This document shows, piece by piece, positions 46,537 to 55,968 of a stretch of 64,000 bases of DNA. This stretch comes from a virus. Numbering within the stretch: the stretch's first letter is position 1; the number at the start of each line of letters is the position of its first letter. The stretch lies in UHGV virus genome UHGV-0311442. One strand, given 5' to 3'. A program made the position numbers and the translations under genes. Under the pieces are notes generated by a model. That model was not told the origin of the DNA. It ran no database searches and saw only the letters and a program-made list of their open reading frames with translations.

Positions 46537-48025
46537 TCTCTGTTCCTCGCATGGTAATAATGGTCGAGTTCAGCACCGTCAATAACACACGGGCTTCTAC
46601 GTTCGGAATCAGTTTATTAATGTCATCGATAACACTCGGCGGTAACACCGGCTTATCCCACCACCAATCAGGAACGTCCCATTTCGGGAACAGCCATTCA
46701 ATTAATACTTTCGCTGCCTGCGGATATAACTGTAATGGCCAGAGGTTCATTCCACGCCAGTCAAACATGACCGATTCGGTTAAGTAATAACCCTTATTTA
46801 CTTTCAGGTCACGACCTTTAAGCGAAAACGTATTTCCTTCCCAATGGTAGAAACGCGGTTCGATAATCTGTCCCTCTTCGAACAGCTCGATACGGAAAAC
46901 ACCCGTCTGTCCTGTCGGGTCGATCGCACGACAATGTTCGATATACGGTAGTAACGCTTCGTTCCACTCGTAAGGTAAATCTTCCGTAGACATCACCTTC
47001 GGCGATAACATGTTGTCCGGTTCAAAAACAACGTCTGTACCGAAAATCGGTAAGAGTTTATCTTTTAACGGGGAATGTGTACGGTGGAACTGTTCTGTCG
47101 GTGACAGTAGATACGGTAAACGAATATACTGACGGGTTTCATTAATCCACCACGTTGAATCGAGATTCTTTTGTTGCGGATGACGATACACCAGTTCTTC
47201 GTTAGACACCCACGGTGGGTCTATCTCTGGCCAATATTCATCAGGCAGAGGTGTCTGATTGATGATATACGGATACGAAACCACAATCTCTTCAGGGCGC
47301 TGATAAGAGAAACGGATAACGAACGTTGCTTCCCAGTGGTTTTCATCTTTATCCCAAGCCGGTGTTTGAACGTCGTATACTGTTTCTAAACGCGTAGGTG
47401 CGTAACGTACCGCAATGGTTTCCTGACCACCGGCGACATTAGCAGCGCGGAACACGTCAGGTGTAAAGTACGCTTTGAGGTAGGCTTTAAAATCATCAAA
47501 CGTCGGTACACGAGTCCCTGCGGCAACATAACAGGCGTTCAATAACTTTAGTGCCGGTTTCGGAATATAATAAAACGCTTCTGACTCGGTCATCGTCGAA
47601 TAACGACCCATGTCCACTAACGAGTCTAAACGGTTTGTCCAGCGCAATAACTCATCACGTGAGGCACTGGTACGTCGTAAGGTTACTGTTACGTTATACA
47701 TCGTTCTAACGGGCCAGGCGCGTACCTGATCGACACGATTCTCGAAGAAGTACGGTTCAGCCTGCTGACCAACCTGACGGTTGATTCTTGCCCACTCATC
47801 ACGTTCTTCTTCTACTTCAACGTAAACCTTTTCAGGTGAACTGTACTCTACTTCTGTACCGTCACCTAAAGTAGAATCCGGCTGATGGGCGCTATTGAAT
47901 TCATCGAGGAAAACAACCGCTGCTGTATCAATACCAGACTCATTAAGTACACGTTGTATAACACCATCGATTATTGGTTTGCGAATGGTCGCGTCTAACG
48001 ACGGAATTTCAAAATACTGTTGCAT
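46517..48025 (-). CDS. Hypothetical protein (502 aa)
   Basis: ORF; AAGGAA 9 nt upstream. Confidence 0.7.
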   Translation of the reverse strand: MQQYFEIPSLDATIRKPIIDGVIQRVLNESGIDTAAVVFLDEFNSAHQPDSTLGDGTEVEYSSPEKVYVEVEEERDEWARINRQVGQQAEPYFFENRVDQVRAWPVRTMYNVTVTLRRTSASRDELLRWTNRLDSLVDMGRYSTMTESEAFYYIPKPALKLLNACYVAAGTRVPTFDDFKAYLKAYFTPDVFRAANVAGGQETIAVRYAPTRLETVYDVQTPAWDKDENHWEATFVIRFSYQRPEEIVVSYPYIINQTPLPDEYWPEIDPPWVSNEELVYRHPQQKNLDSTWWINETRQYIRLPYLLSPTEQFHRTHSPLKDKLLPIFGTDVVFEPDNMLSPKVMSTEDLPYEWNEALLPYIEHCRAIDPTGQTGVFRIELFEEGQIIEPRFYHWEGNTFSLKGRDLKVNKGYYLTESVMFDWRGMNLWPLQLYPQAAKVLIEWLFPKWDVPDWWWDKPVLPPSVIDDINKLIPNVEARVLLTVLNSTIITMRGTENAQSEA

Positions 48026-48114
48026 TGGCTTGTTCCTTCGTTATAGTCATATCACAGGCGCGAAATGAAAAAAAAATAAAAGGGAACCGAAGTCCCCTTT
48101 TACGTTTACCCTAC

Positions 48115-48411
48115 CTATAACAGATAAGGTATACCTTCAAAGATAATCTCATCGTTAGCGAAGCCAACAGACGCTTCCTCGCCCCCAGATGTGGTTGCCC
48201 AAATCTCTGCCGCAAAACGCTGATTGTTAATCAACAGCCCACGGTTGTTTTCGAACAACACTATCAAGATCAACCTGACGCTTTTCTCTTGATGTAAACG
48301 ACGTATAAAGGCGTGCTTTACAGAGGAAGGATACCAGGTGAAGCGCGCTATTTTCCCTTTCGCAACTCTACCTAAAAAGAGCTTTTCTAAGGTTACAAAC
48401 TCAGTGCCCAT
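48115..48411 (-). CDS. Hypothetical protein (98 aa); start trimmed to ATG at 48411
   Basis: ORF downstream of the DHFR gene. Confidence 0.45.
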   Translation of the reverse strand: MGTEFVTLEKLFLGRVAKGKIARFTWYPSSVKHAFIRRLHQEKSVRLILIVLFENNRGLLINNQRFAAEIWATTSGGEEASVGFANDEIIFEGIPYLL

Positions 48412-48937
48412 CTCTTTTCCAAATCTGATAATGCCAACGCGGAACATCGCTATCCGGTTTGGAAGCGTGTGTTAAGTTATAAACCAAACTAAACTCGTTA
48501 CGATCGATTTCAGGAAAGAACGCATCTGCGCCATCGACTTTAACTTCTACGCGTGACAAGTAAATCTTATCCACGTAAGGTAACGCCTGATGGTAAATTT
48601 CTGCGCCGCCGATAATAAAGATTTCCTTAGGATAACCCTTTTTCTCAACCTCGGTTTTGAGGAATTCAATAATCGAACCCATTTCACCCTTAAGGTTAAG
48701 CACCCCATCGATTTCGGGCACACCACCAGGTCTTCTCGTTAACACGACATGGTGGCGATTTGGTAGGGGTTTATACCCTAACGATTCCCATGTCTTGCTT
48801 CCCATCACGATAACTTTACCTGATGTAAGTGCCTTAAAATTCTTTAAGTCATCGGGAATACGCCACGGCAGTTTATTGTCTTTCCCTATTTCGTTATTCA
48901 ATCCAGCAGCAGCTATCATCGAAACTGTAATTGTCAT
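48401..48937 (-). CDS. folA: Dihydrofolate reductase
   Basis: SMIAAAGLNNEIGKDNKLPW...VIVMGSKTWESLGYKPLPNRHHVVLTR...IGGAEIYHQALPYVDKIYLS; start set at MTITVSM, giving an ATGA overlap with the upstream stop. Confidence 0.88.
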   Translation of the reverse strand: MTITVSMIAAAGLNNEIGKDNKLPWRIPDDLKNFKALTSGKVIVMGSKTWESLGYKPLPNRHHVVLTRRPGGVPEIDGVLNLKGEMGSIIEFLKTEVEKKGYPKEIFIIGGAEIYHQALPYVDKIYLSRVEVKVDGADAFFPEIDRNEFSLVYNLTHASKPDSDVPRWHYQIWKRDGH

Positions 48938-49239
48938 TTCTTTATCTCCAGTGAGCCTCTTAAATGGCGTATAAAATCTTTTCGGGTATACCGGCTCGTT
49001 TTGTACTGATCGGCCAAATGGTAAACGGTAATATACCGCCCTTTGGCTTCCATATGCAAATGCGTTATATTGCCATCGTTCGTAGGGAGTGGCCTGATCA
49101 GTGGAATCATCAAATCCCCATTCCAACCAGGTTCATTAAGTCTCGGTATCAGTAATCGAATGTCTAGCCGTTTTACGCAGTACACCACATTACTTTCCGG
49201 CAACTTAACAACACATATCGCATCGGCTTTGAGTTTCAT
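48934..49239 (-). CDS. Hypothetical protein (101 aa)
   Basis: ORF coupled to DHFR. Confidence 0.55.
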   Translation of the reverse strand: MKLKADAICVVKLPESNVVYCVKRLDIRLLIPRLNEPGWNGDLMIPLIRPLPTNDGNITHLHMEAKGRYITVYHLADQYKTSRYTRKDFIRHLRGSLEIKK

Positions 49240-49240
49240 T

Positions 49241-49792
49241 TTAACCTTCCTGATATTGTCTAATTCCGTAATCAGGTAGAATGTTTTCTACTGTGGCTTT
49301 CGGTACAACTGAAAGCTGATTGTATAAATTCAACAAATCCTCACGCAGTAACTTCTGCTCAATATCAAGTTTATAGCAAGCCAGTTCTTTTTCTAGCGGT
49401 TTAAGTAATACAACGCGGGTTTGAAAACCGTCAATAGGCTCAGGAACACGATAACTGCGGCGACGGTAGAACGTTTCCAGCTTCGAATAATCACGAATGT
49501 ATGTTTTCGTCAGCGTAGAATAACCTGCGTCTAACATAAACTTGTAGAACGGACGTAAAGCAATGAAGCGATTATATTCCAGGTGCTCTGGAATATAGAA
49601 TTCGTAATTGCCGTAAGTAAGCGTAGAGAGTTGAGAACCATTACAATGCGCGCAGTTAATAAAAATAGCCAGCCCAATCATCACTGGACGTGGGACGATA
49701 AGGGTTTTATCGCCAAACTGAATGCGGAAAATTTCCTGCTGTAGGCTGGTTTCAGATACGACTTCAGCGTCTAAGATATTAAATTTGTTCAT
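49241..49792 (-). CDS. Hypothetical protein (183 aa); start moved to ATG at 49792
   Basis: The listed first 16 codons are the upstream terminator; AGGAG 8 nt before ATG 49792. Confidence 0.6.
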   Translation of the reverse strand: MNKFNILDAEVVSETSLQQEIFRIQFGDKTLIVPRPVMIGLAIFINCAHCNGSQLSTLTYGNYEFYIPEHLEYNRFIALRPFYKFMLDAGYSTLTKTYIRDYSKLETFYRRRSYRVPEPIDGFQTRVVLLKPLEKELACYKLDIEQKLLREDLLNLYNQLSVVPKATVENILPDYGIRQYQEG

Positions 49793-49813
49793 TTCTATTC
49801 TCCTAAAGGTCGA

Positions 49814-49838
49814 AAAAATAAAGCCCTCCGTAGAGGGC
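49814..49838 (-). terminator. Rho-independent terminator
   Basis: Stem GCCCTC/GAGGGC, loop TACG, then TTTATTTTTT. Confidence 0.7.
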
Positions 49839-49845
49839 ATTCTGA

Positions 49846-50487
49846 TTATAAAGCTTCGAAGAAACGATCTACCGCCTGCGCAGCGGTAAGGTTAATCTGA
49901 ATGAAAGTGCTTTCCTGTTCTGTTTCTTCGCTTGCTACCAACGGGAGCAGCTTAAAGCCATCACCTACTTCCAAGACGCGCTCCACGATACGCGGTATGT
50001 CATTTAATCCAGATAATGCACTGGCGACATCATCCATACGCATCTCAGCCGTGTCATTCGCAATGTTGCATACCAGTTCTTCTTTCGTAGGTTCAACAAT
50101 ACGAAAGTAGATAACGGTTGTAAAGAGCTTATTCTCGCCTTCACAGATAACAACGTGCGAATCTTCAAAAGAGTAATATTTCACACCATCAAATGTTCTG
50201 GTAACAACTGGGGTGTTGACGTCTTTAAGCAAGCTGCTTAAAAAGGTCTGTGGCAAACGGTTCTGATTTTCTGCTTTATACACAAATTCACGGCGACCGA
50301 CTTTCAACACTTCTTTATCGAGGTCCTTACAGCCAGCGTCTATAGCCCTTGCTAACCAAATCGAAATTGCAATAACTTCGGCTTGATACAACGATAAGAC
50401 TCTTGCGTTTGGCGCAGCCAATACAAGTTTGTCACCTTCAACAGAAAAGGCACAATCGAAGAAGTCAGCTAAATTGTAACGTGTCAT
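49846..50487 (-). CDS. Hypothetical protein (213 aa)
   Basis: ORF; GGAG 8 nt upstream; promoter-like motif upstream. Confidence 0.65.
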   Translation of the reverse strand: MTRYNLADFFDCAFSVEGDKLVLAAPNARVLSLYQAEVIAISIWLARAIDAGCKDLDKEVLKVGRREFVYKAENQNRLPQTFLSSLLKDVNTPVVTRTFDGVKYYSFEDSHVVICEGENKLFTTVIYFRIVEPTKEELVCNIANDTAEMRMDDVASALSGLNDIPRIVERVLEVGDGFKLLPLVASEETEQESTFIQINLTAAQAVDRFFEAL

Positions 50488-50534
50488 GATAATTCTCCTA
50501 AACGTAATAAACAGGTCGTTAAAAGATTACAATG

Positions 50535-50566
50535 TAATCTCACTAAGGTAATATCTATCTGAGATT
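50535..50566 (-). promoter_or_regulatory. Conserved promoter-like motif, instance d
   Basis: Minus strand CTCAGATAGATATTACCTTAG-TGAGATTACA..TGTAATCT. Confidence 0.45.
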
Positions 50567-50572
50567 ATTTTT

Positions 50573-50623
50573 AATGCGAAAAAAAAAGAAAGGGGAGAAC
50601 CACCCCATTACAGGGTGGTTCTC
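50573..50623 (-). terminator. Rho-independent terminator
   Basis: 11-bp stem GAGAACCACCC/GGGTGGTTCTC then a 9-nt T-run. Confidence 0.85.
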
Positions 50624-50641
50624 TTACTAAACAATCAGGGA

Positions 50642-51904
50642 TTATTTAGATTTTTCGTAAGCAGCGATACCTGCGGAGATATAGCCGTTCAGACCGCCAG
50701 CCAGATGTTTCTGAGTAGAGGCAATAACTTTCTCGCCCAGAGACACTGCCTGGTTAATGCTGTTGATGTAACGACGTGCGGTACGTACAGATTCGGTCAG
50801 TTCCGGTTTTTCGTCGATCTTCACGCTGTCGATTTCTTTCAGCAGCTTCTCAATCTGCTGGCTGAATTTCTCGCGAGCCTGTTCGGTCTTACGATATTCC
50901 AGAACGTTCTTCTCAATCTGTTTACCCACTTCGTTGAAGAAGGCATTGGTCTTAGCCAGTTCGCTAACAGACGGAGTTTTAACGTTGGTTTCAGCACGGT
51001 TTTCAGCTTCCACGTAGCTGGAGCTAAAGCCGCCTTCTTCGTCATATTCCATCTTCAGCGCCATGTTACCAAGTTTGAACTTGTTAACATCTTCTTTGGC
51101 CAGAGCAGCGAAGTCTGCTTTCAGTTTCTCAACTTTAGCGCCATCGCCTTTAACGACACTACCAACCAAATCCGTACCGTTGTTCAGGAAGCTCTGAACG
51201 TTACCACTGTAGTAGGTGGAAACGTGGTTCAGGATATTCTTCAGGCGCACCAGATCGTCACCAACGAATTTACCGTCGACAGACAGAGACTTGATGAAGC
51301 CACCAGAGATTTCATCTTTCTTCTGTTTGCCCAGTTTACGAATAGCTTCGTCGTATTTCTTAGAACGAGCCTGGATGGATTTACCCTGGTTGGAGAATTT
51401 CAGCCAACGATCTTTGATCTTACGGCCTTGTTCTTTCAGCCATTCCCAAATACGTTTCAGGAAGGCTTTAATGTCGTCCCACAGGGATTCACGAGCAACC
51501 TGGCGACGGTTACGAGAACCGTAGGATTCGTGAGCAACAGAAGAACGGTGATCGAAGTTCCAACGAGAACGGATAGATTCCTGAGCAACGTCCAGCGCAG
51601 TCGCAGCGTCGTCCGGCATATCTTCTTCGGCGTCCATCGGGTCTTCGCCGTCTTCACCAGCACCCTCGCCGTCAGCAGCGGCCTGAGCTTCGTCCAGAAC
51701 ATCCAGCTGAGCGTCGGTTTCGTCACCGTCTTCTGCCAGCAGTTCAGCGTCAGCGTCCAGGGCTTCGATCGGTTTGGTATCATGCTCGATATCGGCCAGA
51801 GTACCTTCAACAGATTCTGCTGGCAGTTCGATGCCGTCTGGAACTACAGTGGCAGTAGCTTCCATCGATTCACGAGCGGCGCGAGTTTTTGCGAAATTTG
51901 CCAT
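50642..51904 (-). CDS. Abundant acidic virion-type protein, paralog 1 (420 aa); scaffold, internal head or capsid candidate
   Basis: N-terminus MANFAKTRAARESMEA identical to 51981..53252; acidic about 100-aa N-terminal region with several [SAG]-x-E motifs; optimal codon usage; shared C-terminus GLNGY..AGI.AY.KSK. Confidence 0.75.
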   Translation of the reverse strand: MANFAKTRAARESMEATATVVPDGIELPAESVEGTLADIEHDTKPIEALDADAELLAEDGDETDAQLDVLDEAQAAADGEGAGEDGEDPMDAEEDMPDDAATALDVAQESIRSRWNFDHRSSVAHESYGSRNRRQVARESLWDDIKAFLKRIWEWLKEQGRKIKDRWLKFSNQGKSIQARSKKYDEAIRKLGKQKKDEISGGFIKSLSVDGKFVGDDLVRLKNILNHVSTYYSGNVQSFLNNGTDLVGSVVKGDGAKVEKLKADFAALAKEDVNKFKLGNMALKMEYDEEGGFSSSYVEAENRAETNVKTPSVSELAKTNAFFNEVGKQIEKNVLEYRKTEQAREKFSQQIEKLLKEIDSVKIDEKPELTESVRTARRYINSINQAVSLGEKVIASTQKHLAGGLNGYISAGIAAYEKSK

Positions 51905-51922
51905 TTTAAGCTTTTCCTCTAA

Positions 51923-51941
51923 GGGGAACGACGTGTTCCCC
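51923..51941 (-). other. Hairpin between the two paralogs, next to the RBS of paralog 1
   Basis: Stem GGGGAAC/GTTCCCC; no U-tract on the minus strand. Confidence 0.4.
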
Positions 51942-51980
51942 TATTGATTTATTTCAAGAACTGTACGAGCGTAAGTCTAA

Positions 51981-53252
51981 TTATTTAGACTTTTTGTACG
52001 CGCCGATACCAGCACCCAGGTAACCGTTCAGACCGCTAATAACGGTGTTAGCTACGTAGCTAACGGCACGGTTCAGGGTCTGGTAGTTCTTCACAGACTG
52101 ATCAGCGGCTTGACGTGCATTACGCAGTCCTTCCCACTTACTTTCGTCTTTTTCGTTGTTCAGCGCGTTGGACGCTTTTTCAGCAGCCTGTTGCAGTTTC
52201 ACGATTTCAGAATCGTAAGCACGGAAATCTTTCAGTACAGCTTCGAAGCCTTTACCGATCGCTTCCAGAGCAGATGCTGCGCCAGCCATTTCAGAAACAG
52301 ACGGAGTAGCCACTTCTTTATCGTCAGAAGCGTCACCGGTGCTCATGAAAGCAATTGCGGTGAACTTGTGGCCGCCAGCCAGTTCTTTAGTACCAGCCTG
52401 AACGTATGCGTTGCCCGGCAGTGCCAGCAATTTAGACGCATCACCTTTTTCAAAGTTCGGCAGAGAATGCAGTTTAGACGCTGCTTTACCAAACAGTTCA
52501 ACCGGCTGATCGCCACGCATCGCTTTGAATGCGTCATCGTCGCCTTTGGTAACAGCAGTCACAGCTTCGCCAGCTTGTTTTTCCAGTGCGTTGATAGCAC
52601 CTTTCGCTTTACCTGCGGTCACTTCTTTAGCGATGGCAATAGAGCCAGCAGCATCGAATTTACCTTCGATGGACAGTTTGGTGATAAAGCCACCGGAAAC
52701 GTTGTCTTTATCTTGTTTGCCCAGCTTGCGGATCATTTCCTGATATTTCTTCGCACGTTTCTGTGCGGTCTTACCGACGTTGAAATATTTCAGTTTCAGG
52801 TCTTTGATTTTCGCAATCACTTCTTTACAGAACTGAATGAAACGCTCGTAAAGACCTTTCAGGGTTTCTTTCCAACCTTCCTGGGCAGCAACAGTCATGC
52901 CACGGCCACGGCGATAGGATTCGCGAGCCAGTTTAGTACGCTCCAGGTTCCAGCGACGTGCGATGGATTCCTGTGCCACTTCGTGCAGGGCAACCGCTTC
53001 TTCCGGCATTTCTTCACCGTTAGCAACGGCTTCTTCCGCCTGTTCGATAGCGTCTTCAGTACGCTCGGTATCGGCAGCCAGGGTTTCACCGTCGGTTTCC
53101 AGCTGATCGAGCTGACCGTCGATAGATGCTACGTCCGCAAGTTGGACGTCCAGGTTCTCTTCTGCCGGTTCAACGTTGCTGATACCGTCGATTACTTCAT
53201 CGGCCGCTTCCATCGATTCACGAGCGGCGCGAGTTTTTGCGAAATTTGCCAT
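51981..53252 (-). CDS. Abundant acidic virion-type protein, paralog 2 (423 aa)
   Basis: Same N- and C-terminal blocks as 50642..51904; shared KKY.E.IRKLGKQ.KD..SGGFI.KLS..GKF and TPSVSE. Confidence 0.75.
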   Translation of the reverse strand: MANFAKTRAARESMEAADEVIDGISNVEPAEENLDVQLADVASIDGQLDQLETDGETLAADTERTEDAIEQAEEAVANGEEMPEEAVALHEVAQESIARRWNLERTKLARESYRRGRGMTVAAQEGWKETLKGLYERFIQFCKEVIAKIKDLKLKYFNVGKTAQKRAKKYQEMIRKLGKQDKDNVSGGFITKLSIEGKFDAAGSIAIAKEVTAGKAKGAINALEKQAGEAVTAVTKGDDDAFKAMRGDQPVELFGKAASKLHSLPNFEKGDASKLLALPGNAYVQAGTKELAGGHKFTAIAFMSTGDASDDKEVATPSVSEMAGAASALEAIGKGFEAVLKDFRAYDSEIVKLQQAAEKASNALNNEKDESKWEGLRNARQAADQSVKNYQTLNRAVSYVANTVISGLNGYLGAGIGAYKKSK

Positions 53253-53311
53253 TTCGTTTATTTCCTTTGGTTATATAACCCAATTACACGCCCCTAGAAT
53301 GAGGGGCCCCC

Positions 53312-53872
53312 TTAGGGACGTGCGATTTTCAAAAACACTGCTAACGACGAGATCATGTCGGACAACCCGTTCGGGCGCGTCATCCAGCGTGCCAGCAGTT
53401 CATGGTCTGCATAAGATAAAAGACGTTTGCTACACTCAACAGATTGGTGAGCAGAGCCCATATTACGTACAGTACCTCGGCGACCAAACGCAGCAGCTAA
53501 TAGACGCGAGCCTAATGCACCCGTCTGTTCAACATTCTTCGTGTTACGAACATCGTTCATATACGACGACAGCAAAGTCGACCACTGCCCTAACGTCACA
53601 TTACGTCGCTTACCATCCAGCAAGAAATCTACACTTTCGTTATAAAACGTATTAAAGGTAAATCCGACCTGCGGATATTCGTCATATAATACTTGCTGCA
53701 AAGAATCCGCAGCCATCAGACGAAAGTACGGTAAAATAACGGCGGCGGCTTCCAGTGTTTTGTGAATAACCTCGTCATCGTGTGTGTCGATTGGGTTCTT
53801 CGATAAAATCGACATGTAGGATTTAATGCGCTCTACAGCAACATTAAATTCAGGACTATCGTGCTCAAACAT
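53312..53872 (-). CDS. Hypothetical protein (186 aa)
   Basis: GGAGAGG 5 nt upstream. Confidence 0.65.
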   Translation of the reverse strand: MFEHDSPEFNVAVERIKSYMSILSKNPIDTHDDEVIHKTLEAAAVILPYFRLMAADSLQQVLYDEYPQVGFTFNTFYNESVDFLLDGKRRNVTLGQWSTLLSSYMNDVRNTKNVEQTGALGSRLLAAAFGRRGTVRNMGSAHQSVECSKRLLSYADHELLARWMTRPNGLSDMISSLAVFLKIARP

Positions 53873-53889
53873 TCGCCTCTCCTAACGGT

Positions 53890-54825
53890 TTACGCTAAAC
53901 CGTATTTCTTTTCAAGACGCTCACGCTTGTGCTTGAGTTCCATCAGATGCTTTTCACTGATTTCAATCAGTTTCTCAATGTGGGCATCACCCTTACCTTC
54001 TGCGACTTGCTTTTTGTAAAGTAAGATACGCAGTTCCGCCGCTTTCGCCGCTTCTACACACTCGTCGTACTTATCCATCTGCCGTTCAGCGATATTCAAA
54101 CGTACGCGCAATATCAGTGAGATTGGGAACGGCACACTGCTCATTCCCAGTGGGTCAACGGAGCTCGAACCGAACTGTTGCGCCAACTCACCGTAAGTTT
54201 CGTCGTTAAAGATCGCTTCAGGAATTTCCGCATAATCCGCTTTCAGTTTATTCAGCGGCGTTGCCAGCACACGGACAGCAATGCAGTAAGAAATAGAACG
54301 AGTATTGAGGTATTGAAGGTCATTCGGACCGACGCCTTTTACTTCAATATTCGAGCCTTCTACGGCGGCTATTTCTTCTGCGGTTACGTAGTTAAGTAAG
54401 GTGGCACTGTAACCTGTAAAGAAATCAATCAGGTCAAGCAGTCTGAGCACCGTTAATTTATTGAACGTCATTGAAGACGTGACTAACGCTTTACCAATGT
54501 CACGCGTAATACATTGGTCTAAGAAAGAACGCAATTGTAGCGTGTTTTCCATCGAAGCAACGATGTATTCCAGCATCGAAGGATTACGGAGACCTTTGGC
54601 TTCCAGACCGGAATTCCGCAGGTATTTAACCAAATCATCCGACATGTCCTGCACCGTTTTCGATTTAAACGGCTTGCCTTCTTTCGACGCTACCAGCTCT
54701 TGCAGAGACTGGAAACGTGGTAAAAGTTGTTCACCAATCGCATCGCAGTTTGATGAGAGTTGGTTTTTCAAGTTTGTTGCTTCAAAGCTCGGCAACAACA
54801 TAGCGAGCATATTCGGGATTGCCAT
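53890..54825 (-). CDS. Hypothetical protein (311 aa)
   Basis: ORF. Confidence 0.65.
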   Translation of the reverse strand: MAIPNMLAMLLPSFEATNLKNQLSSNCDAIGEQLLPRFQSLQELVASKEGKPFKSKTVQDMSDDLVKYLRNSGLEAKGLRNPSMLEYIVASMENTLQLRSFLDQCITRDIGKALVTSSMTFNKLTVLRLLDLIDFFTGYSATLLNYVTAEEIAAVEGSNIEVKGVGPNDLQYLNTRSISYCIAVRVLATPLNKLKADYAEIPEAIFNDETYGELAQQFGSSSVDPLGMSSVPFPISLILRVRLNIAERQMDKYDECVEAAKAAELRILLYKKQVAEGKGDAHIEKLIEISEKHLMELKHKRERLEKKYGLA

Positions 54826-54835
54826 GCCTTACCCC

Positions 54836-55942
54836 TTAAAGAACTGGCTGAGCGCCAGAGCGATACGCTTCGATGATTTTATTTACATCGGCGCTACCAG
54901 ACTTCGATTTACTAAAGTCAGATTTATCGAGTTCCTGAGAGCCATTCTGACCACGGGTATAAATGGTGACACGATTCCAGGTGGTGTCCACAACAACATA
55001 GTAGACAGTCAGGGTGTCTTTGAACACACGTTGACGGATATTGAAATCGTCGAATTCACCACCGAGTTGTGCGGTCAAACCGTCGATGGTGTCTTGAGAA
55101 ACCACCATGACGGAAGAAGCGTTATTGATAGACGGTGCCAGAGACAGCAACCCAGACAACCAGTTACCGTTCTTCTTCTCCATCATCTTACGGTAATAAC
55201 CGGACTTATCGCGATAACGGTTCTTACGATATTCTTCTACCAGGTCGTTACAGAACGCGATGTCTTTTACGTAACCCAACGCGCCAACGCGTGCACGCAG
55301 CCAACGTTCCCAGAATGTTTTCGTCTGGTCGCTGAACGCAATCAGTGTTTCAATTTGTTCTGTCGGTAAGGATTTCACATCCAAACGTAGACGCATTGGG
55401 AGTTCGACTTTATTACCGTCACGTTCGAATGTTACTGAGAACATCTTCCCGTTGGACAACCCTTCTTGATCGAAAAGCTGTTTAATCGGATCAGCTTTCC
55501 CACCACTGACTGAACCTTTTGATTCTTGAGCAACGCGACGGGCAGATTCGCCGACTGCAATGCCGATTTTATCGTATGACGGTAAACCATAACGGGCAGA
55601 TTCGCCGACTGCAAGCGCTGCTAAGCGGGAGCCGGTGCGGACTGCATTATCAAGCGCACTACGACGTGTGCTGACCTGATCCAATGTACCGATAATATCG
55701 ACATCCGGTACACCGGTTAACAGAGAGATAGCCGTTAGTTGGTTTCCTGCCAGCAAAATTTGGATTTTCTCCAGAATTCCCGGAAGGTAATCTAAACCCA
55801 GCAGGCTTTGTTCGACTAAGGTAATGTGCTCGTTATAGAGCACTGAGTTAAATTCCTCCATCGACTCCGCACGTGAACGAAACAGCATGGGAAGTCTGGA
55901 GAGGAAAGAGACAACGCTTGTCTCAAACGTTTTTTCTAACAT
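54836..55942 (-). CDS. Hypothetical protein with internal 8-codon duplication (368 aa)
   Basis: ORF; AVGESAR encoded twice by a 23-nt direct repeat. Confidence 0.65.
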   Translation of the reverse strand: MLEKTFETSVVSFLSRLPMLFRSRAESMEEFNSVLYNEHITLVEQSLLGLDYLPGILEKIQILLAGNQLTAISLLTGVPDVDIIGTLDQVSTRRSALDNAVRTGSRLAALAVGESARYGLPSYDKIGIAVGESARRVAQESKGSVSGGKADPIKQLFDQEGLSNGKMFSVTFERDGNKVELPMRLRLDVKSLPTEQIETLIAFSDQTKTFWERWLRARVGALGYVKDIAFCNDLVEEYRKNRYRDKSGYYRKMMEKKNGNWLSGLLSLAPSINNASSVMVVSQDTIDGLTAQLGGEFDDFNIRQRVFKDTLTVYYVVVDTTWNRVTIYTRGQNGSQELDKSDFSKSKSGSADVNKIIEAYRSGAQPVL

Positions 55943-55968
55943 TTTCCTAATGAACTCCGGAGTTAAAG

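Noticed and set aside
48938-49126. N-terminal 63-codon extension of the DHFR ORF
   Set aside because: The DHFR fold begins at MTITVSM (ATG 48937), which also gives an ATGA overlap with the upstream gene; the extension overlaps gene 48934-49239.
49793-49840. First 16 codons of ORF 49241-49840
   Set aside because: They consist of the terminator hairpin and T-run of the upstream gene; the real start is ATG 49792 with AGGAG upstream.
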